64,000 bases of DNA from the human T2T-CHM13v2.0 reference genome, Homo sapiens. Below are positions 1 through 38,107 of this stretch, one piece after another. The notes under the pieces were generated by a model. It was not told where the DNA came from. It saw only the letters and a program-made list of their open reading frames with translations, and ran no database searches. Made by a program: the position numbers and the translations under genes. Within the stretch, counting starts at the first letter, position 1; each line of letters begins with the position of its first letter. The DNA lies in assembly GCF_009914755.1 (NCBI RefSeq), contig NC_060926.1. One strand, written 5' to 3'.

Positions 1-125
1 GGTAAGGAAGGGATGCCTTTTGCTGGGAGAGGTGGGGCCACGGCCCAGGGCTTCCCTGCACTTGTTGGTGCTTGGTGGCCTGGCAGTGTCCAGAGCCCAC
101 GCTAACAACTAGCTTGGTTTTCCAG

Positions 126-276
126 CCACTCCCTGTGTCCCTCCACGTCCGTACTTCAGACTGTGCCTATTTCATCCTGGTGGACAGGTACCTGTCATGG
201 TTCCTGCCCACCGAAGGCAGTGTGCCCTGCCACTCTCCTCCAGCCCAGGGGGGACCAGCCCCTCACCGCCTCCCAG
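126..276 (+). pseudogene. SMPD4BP: SMPD4-like exon ([10 protein letters not shown]...), 1-nt deletion
   Basis: ttttccag|CCA acceptor, CCAG|gtaagg donor. 151 nt versus 152 needed to stay in frame; GTG CCC TG CCA at 222-232. Confidence 0.88.
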
Positions 277-1208
277 GTAAGGCTGCCCTTTGTTAAGACC
301 TGGCCCTTCCATAAGGGAGTGGCCTGGTCACTTGCATCGCCCACGGGGACAATGTTGCCACCCTTTGTCCACGGTTCCCCAATTTTTCTTATGCCTCATT
401 CCCCACCCCCAGCTGTCTTAGCACAGACTGGAGGGTGGGGTGTGGCGGGCAATCTGTCCTTAGTGTTCAGTGTCTTTGGCCATCACTGAAGCTATCAGGT
501 CCCTGGAGGCCTCCACGGCCTGCATGGGAATGGGCTGTGTTGTGCATGGAGCAGCCCTCCCCACAGGCGGTGTCTGAGGCAGTGAGCAGGGTGGAAAGGT
601 TGTCCTATGAGCAAAAAAAATGGAAATCTCTATGGGCCCCTGGAGCAGGTCTTGAAGGGGAGGCCCTGGGCCAAAGAGCCTGTTTTGCCAGTCCAAACAG
701 GCTGAGCCTGATGCGTGCCTGCACAGGTCGGGAGTGTGAACCAGGGGCTCTCATGCCTGGCTGTCCTGGGTCCTCAGTGGGCACTAACGCAGGGCCTCTT
801 GGCCGACTTCCCAGGAGACCCTCTTGCCCCAGCATCAGCTGCCTGTGCACCTCTGACCCTCCTTAATCTCACTGGCCTATTGCCTTCCCCAGGAAGCTGC
901 ATGCAGGCCCCTTCCTGCAAGTGCTGGCCCACCCCAGATCTGCTGTCATGTGTAAGGCAGGCCAGGCCTTTACCTACAATTCACGTGTGGACAGATTCCC
1001 CAGAGGGTGGAGGGGAGAAAGGGAGAGGCAGGGAGGAGATGCTGCCCAGGTGGCGGCAGTGATCAGTGACCCTGAAATGTTGCTGATCCTGTGGAGGACT
1101 TGGAGGTGAGGCAGATTCACACCCTCTTAGATGCAGAATTCAGCCGCCAAGCAGTTTTTGATGCCTGGTTTTTTTTGTTTGTTTTAACTTTTTGCGTTTT
1201 TTATTTTA

Positions 1209-4785
<3,577 letters not shown>

Positions 4786-5056
4786 TATTGATTCTTGACC
4801 AAATCAGCTATTAATAGGGCGGTTACCAAGTGGTGGTTCTCTAACTTATCCCTCCTTCATTGATTAGTGGGTCAGTGGTCACTCTGCGGTAAGGAAGACT
4901 TCTCTCTTTGCTATTTATTTATTCAGGTATATCAGTGTGGATCAGGGGGCTGGGGGGGAGGTATGCATTGTGCTATTGAACAAGTTGTAATCTCTCCCTG
5001 CTCTCGTTGATTTTGATATCCAGATTGCCCCTGGCTAGGCCAGCGGGAGCCTGTAA

Positions 5057-5224
<168 letters not shown>

Positions 5225-5252
5225 TGAGCTGGTCAAAAGAAACTGTTCAGCC

Positions 5253-5560
5253 AGCTGGGCATGGTGGCTCATGCCTATAATCCCCAGCACTTTGTGAGGC
5301 CGAGGTGGGCAGATCATCTGAGGTCAGGAGTTTGGGACCAACCTGGCCAACATGGTGAAACCATGTGTCTACTAAAAATACAAAAATGAGCCGGGCACGG
5401 TGGCAGGCGCCTGTAATTTCAGCTACTCAGGAGGCTGAGGCAGGAGAATCACTTGAACACAGGAGGTGGAGACAGCAGTAAGCTGAGATAGTGCCATTGC
5501 ACTCCAGCGTGGGTGACAGAACTGGACTCCATCTCAAAAAAGAAAAGAAAAGAAAAAAGA
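5253..5560 (+). mobile_element. AluS
   Basis: Full dimeric Alu with A-rich tail. Confidence 0.9.
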
Positions 5561-6225
5561 AACTGTTTAGCCACCTTCCACTATGTGGGGCAGAGTCCCA
5601 GAGGCGGCCCCTCAGCCCGGGGCTGATTCTAAATTGTTGGTATTTTCCTGCTGTGACATTTAGAAAACATGAAAGTAAATCTGCCCACCCTTCTAACTTG
5701 TATGTCATTGATGGCGTTTTTCATCCCAGGATCCCCTGTCCATGGAAGTTGTTTCGTTTTGCCTGTGGTGAGGCAAAATTGTTGCAGAGGCTTTTGGTTT
5801 CCATGACACTGAATGGTGAGGGGTCTGTGCAGCCTCCACAGGCCTTCCATTGATTCAGGGGATCCAAGTAGTAGGTGACAGATTTCCTTGTCTGCCCAGA
5901 GGGGCTCCAGCCTGTCAGGATGGTATGGGCTGGCTCACTTCCTGAGTGCTGGTCAGCTCCCAGGTCCTGGCTGTGTCTTCTAGGCACACATCAGAGAGAT
6001 TCAGCAGGTGCCGCTTCTGACGCTGGATCCTGGGGCTGACTTGGTAGCCACAGCCTTGCTTTTGACAGCCTGACATGTAGATAAGATAGGATTCTATCTC
6101 CCATCTTGTATATAACTCCTAGTATTTGGGGTGCTACACTTTTTGAAGCCTCCATACCGTTTCACAGCATCCTCGCAGGGTGGAATGGTAAGAACCGTTG
6201 CCCCTGTTCACAGAGGGGACCATGA

Positions 6226-7280
<1,055 letters not shown>

Positions 7281-7310
7281 ATGGTTTGACTAGCTAATGC
7301 TTTTTTGCAG

Positions 7311-7382
7311 GTTTTTGTTGAAATGTGGCTTCATCACTATTCGTTGGAGATGTATCAAAAAATGCAGTCCCCTCATGCCAAG
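7311..7382 (+). pseudogene. SMPD4BP: SMPD4-like exon [24 protein letters not shown]
   Basis: ttgcag|GTT and AAG|gtatgt; 72 nt. Confidence 0.9.
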
Positions 7383-10300
7383 GTATGTTTCCACAGTTTT
7401 TCTTCCCACCTCCTGCTTCTGACCCTGCTCAGCCTGCTGCTTCTTATCCTGCCTCGGAGTGAGTTTTCACAGGCTGGATGGTGGGAAGCAGAAACCCACC
7501 ACCCACCTGTCACTCAGAAGCCGAGTAAGAAGTGGGCATCATTCTCTAGTTTCCGGTGGCGGGCAGGGGGCATTGCACACTGACGTGTAGACACTTGAGG
7601 CCTGGAAGTCTGGCCTTTCCGGGGCCCTCCCTGTGCAGCTTCCTGAGCCCCCTCCCTGGCAGCGGGAACAGATGAGGTTGTGGTGCTCTTGCTCTGGGGG
7701 TGGGGGGAGCTGCAATGCCTCTGGGAGCCACTTTCTCGTCTGTCTCCTTGACCATCAGCAGTCTTTGTGCTTTCCCACGAAGGGGTGGCCTGGAGCCTTC
7801 TTTGCCTGCTCCCCCTACTCCCCCACCTCCTCCAGAGCATGAGCAAGCAGCCCTTCTCGTGGCGAGTGGCACCTGGTGCCCCCCTGCATGCAGCCTGGCT
7901 TGCCTCCTCTCCCTCCGCCTCGCCTCTCCCCACTCTCTCTCTGGGCAGCCTGCTGCCTTCAGATGCATGGAGGTGGCGGAGGCCCTGGGTTGTTACTGCT
8001 GTTGCCGTTCCTGGAGCTAGCACCACCCCTGGACCGGTCAGAGTGAGAAAGCAGCTAGGTGAACCTTAGATCTCCAGTCAGTCATCTCCATGGAGCAGCT
8101 TGACTCATGCCCATCCATGCCCTTGCCTGAAGTGGCATCAGCCACGTAGTCTGGTGCCCATGGCGTCTGTGCATCAGTATGCTTGGGAAACTTTGGCTTT
8201 GTCACTGACAGAATTATTGAGGGCTTCCTCCAGAATGTGGGTGATGGAGTTAAACTTCAGAAGAGCATCCTGTCACTTTTCCTCTGGTTCTGGCAAAGAG
8301 CTGTGGGTCTGCTTCTGCCACAGTCTGCAGCCAGTTCCATGGCCCCATGCTTTGCCATGTGGAGGCTCTCTCAGAGCATAGGGTCCCCCAAATCCTCACC
8401 CTCAGAATCACATGGGTGGAGAGTGGGGAAAAGCTGAGGACCCCATCTTGGGCCTCTTGAGTCACGAAGAGCCTGCAGTGCCCTTCCTGCTTCCAGAGCA
8501 GACTTGCTGCATGTCCCTGGCTGGTGCCTGGGGGCCTGGTTATTCCCCGGGCCCGCTCCTCCCGCAGGGCTCTGGGACACTCACTCAGCACTCGTGCATG
8601 TGGCGTGGCGTGGCCTGGCAGGGGCAGGGGCCACTGCACCGCATTGTGTTCCTGTTGCTCCTTCTGCCTTCTGAGGGAGTGTAGTAAGCACACCTACTTT
8701 CAAGAGTCAGCCAGAAAGGCTCTTTTGGGCTGTCACCTGTGAGGATTCTGTGTCCTCACGGGCCAGAGGAAGGGCAGGGGGCTGTCCCTGTGGAGGGCAG
8801 GAGGTGCAGTTCCCTTCTTCCCCACATTTGCTTCCTCTTGGCCAGACGTTGGGGTAGGTGGGCCCTGCCCAGAATACCTTGCAGTAGCCGGACCAAGTAC
8901 CCAGAGACGCTCCACTCTTCGCCTCTTCCAGTTCAGGCAAAACACAAAACGCAAGAAAACTTGGTGGGTGGGAGTCAGAGAAAGGCAGCTGTGGAAGTCT
9001 GTGTCTCCCAAGGCTTCTTGTCGCTTGCCCAGGCCTGTGCTACACGTACTGCCATACAGAAATCCCTGCCCGTCCCCACTAGACCTTATTTTCAGATGCA
9101 GGAAGTGAGGCTCCTGGGGTCATCCTCCTCACCCTGCTTGAGTCCAGGATGCGTGCTTGCTCCCCAGTGGCCCTGTGGGCAGTAAGGATGGCCATGGCGC
9201 TGTAGGCCACTGTGTTCCTGCAAGCAAGGGCAGAGCCACACTGGGGAACTATGTGTCTGATTCCTCCCTGAGCCCCAGGTCTGGCACAGAGGAAGGCTGT
9301 GGAGGGCAACACCTTCCTGCCCTGCTCCTTCCCTCCCTGCTCTGCGTGTCATGGCGACTGGCGTGTGTTCTGATTTCTCCTGTGTGGAGCCCAGTGGGTG
9401 TGCTGCTTGGGCAGGAGGCATGCTGCTGGCGGGGCAGGATGTGCACCAGGCCGGCTGTGGCTGCACTGGGCTGAAGGGGTGCTTCGGCAGGCCGTGGTGC
9501 TGCAGGGCAGCAGCTCGGAGGGTCCTGGCTAGGAGCCAGCTCAGCCTCAGGTTCCTGCTGCCTCTGGGTGTGTGTGGCTGTGGCCAGATCCTCAGGGGCT
9601 CCCGCCCTTGGGAACCCACTGTATGTGGAGGGTGGGAGTTTCTGGTGCGGTAGGAGAGGCTGCCTCCAGCAGTCAGAGCTGATGTGCACACCACCTTAGC
9701 TGACGTCCAGACTATGAGGGTGGAGGGCAGGGCCTGGTGGCCTGAGCCTGTGCTCCTCGTCTCTGTGCTACCCTTGGGGACCTGTCCTCGCCCTCAGTTC
9801 TCAGAGAGCCAGTCATGGAGGGGACATTGATTTGAGTTTTAGACACATAGGAATCAATCATGTCTTATACCAATTTGGTAAATTTCTTAAGACAACCCAG
9901 GGAAATCCAGTCAATTCCACATGTGTCTTTTCTGGGCAGAGTCTTCCTCCTGGAACATGCTCCGCTGGTTTCTTTTCTGAGCCTCAGGATCTTGAGGTCT
10001 TGGTGGCTGGCAGCGTGTCCCAGTGAGGGCCCTGGGCTCTTGGAGGGCTCTGGGTTGCATGTGCCACACATAGTGTGACTTCAGAGTCACTGGGGAGAGT
10101 GGGTCCCATCTTGAAGGGCAGTGAGTTGGGCCCTTCCAAGGAGCTAGAGAGGCCTTTAGGCCCCAGCAATACTGAGGGGCCACCCAGGTGACCTGGAGGC
10201 CCCTCTGCCCGGGCCTCCAAAGCGAGGACAGTATGGCCACAGCCCTGGCCTGGCTGCGGAGGCGGGTGCTGCGCTGGCCCGCGGCTGCTGGGACTGCAAT

Positions 10301-10488
10301 TGTTTGGATTTTCACTGACCGTGCTTTGTTTTTGTTTTTTTCTCCTCACTCCTGGGCTCGTTCTCATTGCTTTCTTTCTCTCTCCGCTTCCCCCTCCCGT
10401 GTCTGGTCCTATCTCTCCCCTTCCCCACCCGGCCCTCTTGTCCTCTGCTCTTCTGTCTCTTCTGACATCTCTCTGTTCCTTTTCTCAG

Positions 10489-10575
10489 CTGGAGGTTCTG
10501 CACTACCGACTCAGTGTCTCCAGCGCCCTCTACAGCCCCGCCCAACCCAGCCTCCAGGCCCTCCACGCCTACCAA
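10489..10575 (+). pseudogene. SMPD4BP: SMPD4-like cassette exon LEVLHYRLSVSSALYSPAQPSLQALHAYQ
   Basis: tctcag|CTG and CAA|gtactg; 87 nt, frame-preserving. Confidence 0.88.
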
Positions 10576-12105
10576 GTACTGGCTCATTCGTTCCCTTCCC
10601 CCTGCCCAGAGTGCATGTCCATGCCTGGCAAAGCAAGGGGCCGCCGGGGCCGGCTGCTGGTGACTCAGAGGCTAGTTCCAAGCAGAGCGTAGCCCCTGTG
10701 TCGGGGGGAGGCAGGGGTCAGCCTCCAGCCTGGCTTGGCCCCTGGCTTTGTAGACTAGTTTGGTTGGGGGTGGGGGTGGTGGCTTTGTGGCAGAACGAGG
10801 CATGTGGGCATGTGGCCCTGGCTGTCCAGGTTCCCGGCCAGTGGAGGTGTCACAAGCTCTCCAGTGTTGGAGGCCCCGTGCTTGGCCCTGGTTTGAAGAG
10901 CTGGAGTCCTCAGGCCTCAGCAGTGGCTGGGTTCACTGCACTCTGCAGGGTCTGGCGCTTAGGAAGGAGCTGAAGACGCAGAGGCCTGGGACTTACGGGT
11001 GGTGTGGGTTCTGCCTTGTTCAGAACTGTCACCCAGCCTGGAGGTGCTGTGACCCAGAGCCTGCGTGTGAGGCAGGGGGGTGGGAAGGACCTGGGGCTTG
11101 ACCCTATAGCCCACAGAAGCTGTCAGTCCTTGACAGCCCAGCCAGCACCCGGCCTTCATCCGGGGAGCCCTGGCCACTCATATACACCTCCAGAGGCAGA
11201 TTAGAGTGGGTGGTGACCTCATAGAGGTTGCAGCTGCCTAGGCAGAAATGACAAGTGTGTGGATGGATTTGAGGTCAGTGAAGCAGAGTTCAGACCTGTA
11301 GGGAACTTCAGGGATGACAGAGGAATCTGTGAGAGCCGGGGGAGACGGGCTGTGCTCACAGCCAGTGATCTGTCCCGTTCACCTGGGAAGGAGCACACAT
11401 GATTGAACAGGAATTTGAGCACAAGATGAGAAAATGTGTTGGCCCCTTAGCGCTGGTGGGCTGGATGGCGGCCACAGCACACGGGGGCACCTCATTCCGC
11501 AGGAGCCACTGCAGAGGAGAGGAGGAACCTGAGGGCTTGTGCCAGGGAGGGAGGACAGTGTCCAGAAAGCATCTGGCAAACCCCATGGTGGGAAGGTGAC
11601 CAGCGAGACCCAGGTGGGGTGAGCTGAGGTGCTGTGAGTCTCAGCCCAGTGGGAAATGTGCGGCTTTGGGGACACATCCTTAAGAAGCAAGCAGGTGACT
11701 GTGACCAGGGACTCCATGTGGGAACATGGCCCAGGAGGGGTGCAGAGCTGAGGGAGAAGTTTGGCTCAGCAAACCTATGGGAAAATAGCCTGAGAGGGTT
11801 CCATGTGACTGCCGGGGGCAGGGGTGGACAGTGGGCCCTCCAGACCCTTCAGAAGGACCAGGTGGTGTGGGGCAAGTGCACCAGCAGGGAAAGGCAGTTT
11901 TCCAGTTCCCATGTGGAGGTCTTCCCCTCCCCTGAGCTGCAGGGAGGATGTTACGGCTCAGAATCCCAGGCCAGGATTGGAGGGAGGGCCTGGGCTGAGA
12001 CTGGAAGAGGAGAAAGATCCTGGTCTAACTTCCCACCCCACTGGTGCCCTTCTAGTTAGGCAATATAGATACAGGTATTATGTCTCATACTTTTCTCCTT
12101 CCGTC

Positions 12106-14621
<2,516 letters not shown>

Positions 14622-14947
14622 TGAGGGGAGTCCCTTTCTGTTCACAGAGCACGTGAGGCCTCTCCAGGCCTAGGCAGGTGTCCTCTCACCCCGCCCAGTT
14701 GGCTCCCAGAGCCTCTCTCTCCAGACTGGCCAGAGAGGCCCCATTGTGCTGCCATCTCTTGCATCTCATATTCTTCAACCCTGTCAGAAGAGCTGGGGTG
14801 GCCCTGACTGCCAGGGCCAGCGGAGTGGGCTGTTTGTATGGGACTGAGGGTGAGGTGTGTGCAGGAGCTGCACTGACTCGGCCGCCTGCGTGCTGTGTGT
14901 CCTTGGGATGTTCCCTAGCCTCTCTGAACCTTGGTTTCTTCCTCTGA

Positions 14948-15732
<785 letters not shown>

Positions 15733-16393
15733 TGAGCCGCAGCCCCTCTCACAGACATGCCACTGGCTCCCCCAGGTGGATATTGTTCCAGTGGGTGGAG
15801 GCCAAGCCAGCGGCCTGTGCTGGGGTCAGCCTGGCCCTGGCCCCCGTGGCCTCCTGAAGTCCTCTCCCAGCCCCTGCCGAGCGGAACACAGACCAGCCTT
15901 TCCTAGGCTCAACTTTGCCAGGCCCTAGAATTGGTTTCTCATGGAAGCCGTGGGTGACCCATCCTGCCCTGTCCCCTCTCCCTTCTGTCCCAGACGAGTG
16001 TTCAGCCACCCCGAAACTATCCCTTGATCTTCATCAGCACAGAGCAGAGCAGCAGTGATCAAGCAGGGGATGAGGGAAGCCGTCTTCCCCCATCCCCTGC
16101 TTGATCCTCACAGCAGACCCCAGGCTTCCGTGGCACCTGGCATGGCCACTGACCCCTCCCCTCCTTGCCCAAGGCATTCCCCTTTGGACCCTCTGGGGGA
16201 TCCTCCCTCAGCCCCCTCAGGCTCTGGGCTGGCCTCTGCCATGGTGGCTTCCATCCACTTGGAAAGGGGCCTCAGCCTTGCTAAGGATGTGGCGTCCTCA
16301 GAGGGCCTGGGTCTTACCTGCCTCTGTCCTGCCCTCCCTGCCTGCCCGTGGCCCCCTGAGCTGTCATCTGTGACAGCTTGTCACCTTGGCTAG

Positions 16394-16664
<271 letters not shown>

Positions 16665-17215
16665 GTAAGTCCTCAGCCTGGGCCAGCCGGGTAGACGTCA
16701 ACCCAGCCAGACCAGGGCCAGGCCCTTAGCTGGGGGTGGCTGGTCTTTAAGAGGGACCCACACGTCCAGAGTGGGCCCCGGCAAAGGGTGCTGTGGAGAC
16801 TCCTGGGACACATCTGTGCGGTGAAGTCTGAAACTGGCTGGATCCTGCCTGCCCTGCAGCCACCAGGCACTGGGTGGGGGATCGCAGGTGTGCTCACAGA
16901 GCGGGCCGGCACGGTCCAAGCTGCGGCCCCGTGACCCCGCCGTTTAACCCTGGCAACTCGTGGTGGCCGCTTCAGGAGGTGAGCCTGGTCTCTGCCTTGC
17001 ATTCATCCTGGCTGGGTTGGGCGTTGGTTTCTGTCGATCCTCCTGTTGTTTACCTCCTGCAGACACTGCTAGGGGCTCTGTGAGCCAGCAGCTCCCCCAT
17101 CCGCCCTCCCCATGTCAGCCACCTACTGTGTGGGAGATGTTGCCAGGCAGGGCCTCAGGAGGACACCCCTGGGTCAGGGCTCCCCAGACACCTCAGAGAC
17201 ACCCCAGAATCCTAA

Positions 17216-17554
<339 letters not shown>

Positions 17555-17730
17555 TGATCTGGCAGGAAGGAGGGAGGCTGGGTGTAGATTTGACGCCATA
17601 TCTCCTTCCCCCATTTTAGTAAAGTCTAATTTTTTCCTGATAACGAAGGCAGTGTTTGTTGGGAAATTTCAAATGTAGAAGATCATCCTTTAGTCTTTAA
17701 AAGTCCTCTGGCAGAAGCCACTCCTCCTGA

Positions 17731-18441
<711 letters not shown>

Positions 18442-18587
18442 TGAGAGACCTGTGTCTCAGAGGCACATGGGCTGGGCCCTGACCCGTCCCCAGCTCCCTC
18501 CTGCCTCGTGAGCAGAGGCCATCAGGCTTCTCTGAGTTGTGTGCGGGGCTGTGTTTTCTGACCCGACCCCATGGCCTGGCTTTCTAG

Positions 18588-18716
18588 ATCATCAGTGGGC
18601 TGCGAAGGTTTGAAATTGAGTACCAGGGGGACCCGGAGCTGCAGCCCATCTGGAGCTATGAGATCGCCAGCTTGGTCCACACGCTCTTCAGGCTGTCGTC
18701 TGCCATCAACCACAGA
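18588..18716 (+). pseudogene. SMPD4BP: SMPD4-like exon [10 protein letters not shown]...INHR
   Basis: ttctag|ATC and AGA|gtgggc; 129 nt, open. Confidence 0.9.
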
Positions 18717-18798
18717 GTGGGCAGGAGGGCAGGCCTGGCCTCTTCAGAGAGGGTTCTAGATGCTCCTGCTTGGGGTGCAGTCCTGGGGTGGCCTGTGA

Positions 18799-20350
<1,552 letters not shown>

Positions 20351-20539
20351 TTCTGGCACCTGGGCTCAGTCTCTAGGAGGTTCACCTGTACAGAGTCCCT
20401 GAGCACACGGGGGCTGCAGAAACAACTGTTGGGCACCCTGTCGGCCCCTCCCCCCAGTGTCCACAGGCCTGGGCCTCTGGCTTCCTATGCTTTCCTCTCT
20501 CAGAGGCACAGTAGACTTTGCCCTGTCTTTACAAAAGAT

Positions 20540-23008
<2,469 letters not shown>

Positions 23009-23096
23009 AATAACACTGGGTTATTGTGTTTATTTGGAGAGTAAGTATGGTTTAAGGAGATGTGTATGGGTGCCAGGTTGACAAGGGGTGGACTTT

Positions 23097-23215
23097 TGAT
23101 GGTTAATTCTATATGTCAACTTGTCTGGGCCACTGGATGCACTCATATCTGGTTACACATTATTTCCTGGCAGGTCTGTAAGGGTGTTTTCAGAAGAAAG
23201 TGGCATTTAAATTGG
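23097..23215 (+). mobile_element. MLT2-type (ERVL) LTR fragment
   Basis: tgatggttaattctatatgtcaacttg...gggcca...catt...taaattggt matches the recalled MLT2 5' end. Confidence 0.65.
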
Positions 23216-23554
23216 TGGTGCAAGCAGCCATGCATACATTTCTGCAGTAGCTTCCCTATAGCTTGCAGGAACCAGAGCGGGCAATAAGAGCCCCATCCTC
23301 CAAATACTGGGGATCTGTGCTCTGATTGATGATGGCTGCTGTTGATTGTGAAAATGCAGACAAAGAGGCAGGCAGCCACTGCTGCAATCTCCACTGCTAT
23401 GTTTGCAACGTCCCTCCTCAACCCTCACTGCCTCCCTGGGTACACACCTTCCAGGAGGTTTTTATGGATCAGCACCTCCTCCTGCCTTCATTTTTCTTTT
23501 CTCCTTCTTGGGAACCAGATGTTTAGGACTAGGACATTCAAAAGCAACCACATA

Positions 23555-26570
<3,016 letters not shown>

Positions 26571-26589
26571 TGGATGCCTTGTAAATCAC

Positions 26590-32173
<5,584 letters not shown>

Positions 32174-32419
32174 GCCACCCCAATCTGGTCAGTGCCAGGC
32201 CCACCAACCTGCAGCTGGAGACTGGCTCTCTATAGCATTTCCTGATACTTCCGCTACTTTTAGGCCTGGCTAAATTCCAAGACAGATAACACTCAAGATA
32301 GATAAAGTACTTGATCTCCAAACTGACAAACTGTTTATTTTCTAGCTGTTATTTTGCTATTTGGCATTTACATAAAAGCACACGATGAAGCAGGTATCGC
32401 CTTACCTGTTGAAACTGAA

Positions 32420-32425
32420 AATAAA
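32420..32425 (+). terminator. CCDC74A polyadenylation signal
   Basis: AATAAA ~250 nt after the stop, with GT-rich sequence downstream. Confidence 0.75.
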
Positions 32426-33124
32426 GCTTGTTTATTTCCAAGTTGTGTGCCTGGCTCCTCACTGGCTATCAGGCGTCGCGTCCCTTCCCAGTCCCAGCCC
32501 TTGGCCTCTAGCCCAGGCCCTGCTGTCTGCAGGGACCTGCCTGGGCAGCCCAGTCTTGCGCATCCTGGGACCTGCCAGCGGCCCTGGGAGATAGGCATTG
32601 GCAGAGCCATGCACATCCTCCCTGGAAGCGGGAGGGCTTTTCTGGTCCCCTGGCTGGGCTGGAGCTGCGTTCCAAACACATGATCACTCTGTCTCTTGCC
32701 CACACTGCACACTCCTGGGGGCAAGAGGCTGTCCTCTCCTGCCCTGACACAGCACCGCAGACAGGGGGTCCAGCCAGGCTCGCCCTCCTCCTCGGAGGGC
32801 TGTCTCGAGTGCTGTGGCCATGCCCACACCACCCCTTCCGCCATAGCACAGCCATGTCCATGTCGGGGGTGGGGTGGCCAGCTTACTGCCCACCCTCAGC
32901 CAGCCACACAGTCTTCCCAGGCCCACGGCCCCACTTCGTTGGCATTAATCTCAGCCTCTTCCTGCTTCAGGGAGCAGAACTTTGCCAGGAAGCTGGGGAT
33001 GAACCAGGCCAAGGAATGGGACAGTGTGTCAGAAAGGACAGCCCAGGCCCGGGGGCTTACAGCATCCTAACAGGACAGCAGGCCCAGTTTCATGGAGTGG
33101 GGGACACAGTGACGAGTCCTGAAA

Positions 33125-36509
<3,385 letters not shown>

Positions 36510-37821
36510 AATATTTTTAAATAAAAAATTACAAAGCTGTTTTTCTTAAAATGTTACAGTAAAATGTTATCTGTGTGTAAAATGTATCTATTTTATGTGT
36601 ACCTGTGTGTGTATGTGTGTGTGTGTGTGTGAGAGAGAGAATTCTGAATTAGAAAGCATATGTACCAAAACATTAGGAGTAGTTATGTTAGAGTAATGAG
36701 ATCATGAATGATTTTCACTTTCTTCTTTATACCTTATCAATCATCATCTCAAAATTTACAATCAGAATTCATTATAAGCTATTGTTTGTTTATTTATTTA
36801 TTTATATTCGCAGTGGCACGATCTCAACTCACTGTAACCTCAGCCTCCCAGGGTCAAGCAATCCTCCCACCTGAGCCTCTGGAGTAGCTGGGAAAAATCA
36901 AAGTTAAGTATTCTTCAGTTTAAAATAACTTGTTATAATTATGTTGTTTAGCCTCATGGTAACCAGAAAACAAAAATCAATAATAGATACCCTAAAAATG
37001 AAAAGCAAGCAATTAAAACACACTATCAGAAAAAATTACCTCACTACAAATAAAGACAGGAAGGATGGGAAGGAGGAAAGAAAAGAAAGAAAGAGAGAGA
37101 TCAGAGAGAAGAGAAAGAGGAAGGAAGGGAGAAAGAACAAAAGAAAAAAGAGAGAATAGCAAAACAACCAGAAAACAAGTAAAAAATGGCAGTAGTATGT
37201 TTTTAACCATTAATAATAACCTTGAATATAAATGAATTAAATTCTCCAATTAAGACAGAATGGCTGAGTGGATTAAAAGACAAGACCCAACTATATACTG
37301 CCTACAAGAAACTCAGTTCACCTATAAACATACATAAACTGAAAGTGAAGACATGATAAACGATATCCCATACCAGTGGAAACAAAAAAAGCAGGAGTAG
37401 CTCTACTTAGATTATATAGACTTTCAGTCAAAAAAAGAAAAATATGAAGATAATTATATAATGAGAAAAAGTAAACAGCAGCATAACAATTATAAGTGCA
37501 TATGCAACCAGCACTCAAGCAACTAAATACAGTAGCAAATATTAACAGACCTTAAAGGATAGACTGCAATACAGTAACAGAATGCCTCAATGCTCCGCTA
37601 TAATCAACACCCCACTGTCTTCAACGGACAGATCATCCAGACAACAAAACATCATCAGTTAAACTGTACTCTATACCGAATAGACCTAACATTTGCACAG
37701 CTTTCCACTCCGCAACTGCACAATGCACATTCCACTGAATAGCATGAGGATTATTCTCCACAACAGACTATGTGTTAGGCCAAAAAACAAGTCACAACAC
37801 ATTTTTAAAAACTGAAATCAT

Positions 37822-38107
37822 GGCCGGGCGCGGTGGCTCATGCCTGTAATCCCAGGACTTTGGGAGGCCGAAGGGGGCGGATCACATCCTGGCTAACACA
37901 GTGAAAACCCGTCTCTACTAAAAATACAAAAATTAGCTGGGCGTGGCGGCGTGCACCTGTAGTCCTAGCTGCTGGGGAGGCTGAGGCGGTAGAATGCCGT
38001 GAACCCAGGAGGTGGAGCTTGCAGTGAGCCAAGATCGTGCCACTGCATTCCAGCCTAGGTGACAGAGCGAGACTCCGTCTCAAAAACAAAACAAAACAAA
38101 ACAAAAC
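37822..38107 (+). mobile_element. AluY-like element inserted in L1, with ~20-bp internal deletion and (CAAAA)n tail
   Basis: TSD CTGAAATCAT at 37812-37821 and 38108-38117. Confidence 0.88.

Noticed and set aside
7400-10100. Dense overlapping ORFs in the GC-rich SMPD4-like intron
   Set aside because: Expected by chance at high GC; no splice-consistent or recognisable product.
10188-10973. 261-aa ORF across the cassette exon
   Set aside because: Out of frame with the SMPD4 exon and spans a pyrimidine tract; no recognisable protein.
23260-23450. Possible retrocopy fragment on the - strand
   Set aside because: It looks non-repetitive, but I could not recognise any protein or RNA; a BLAST search is needed.
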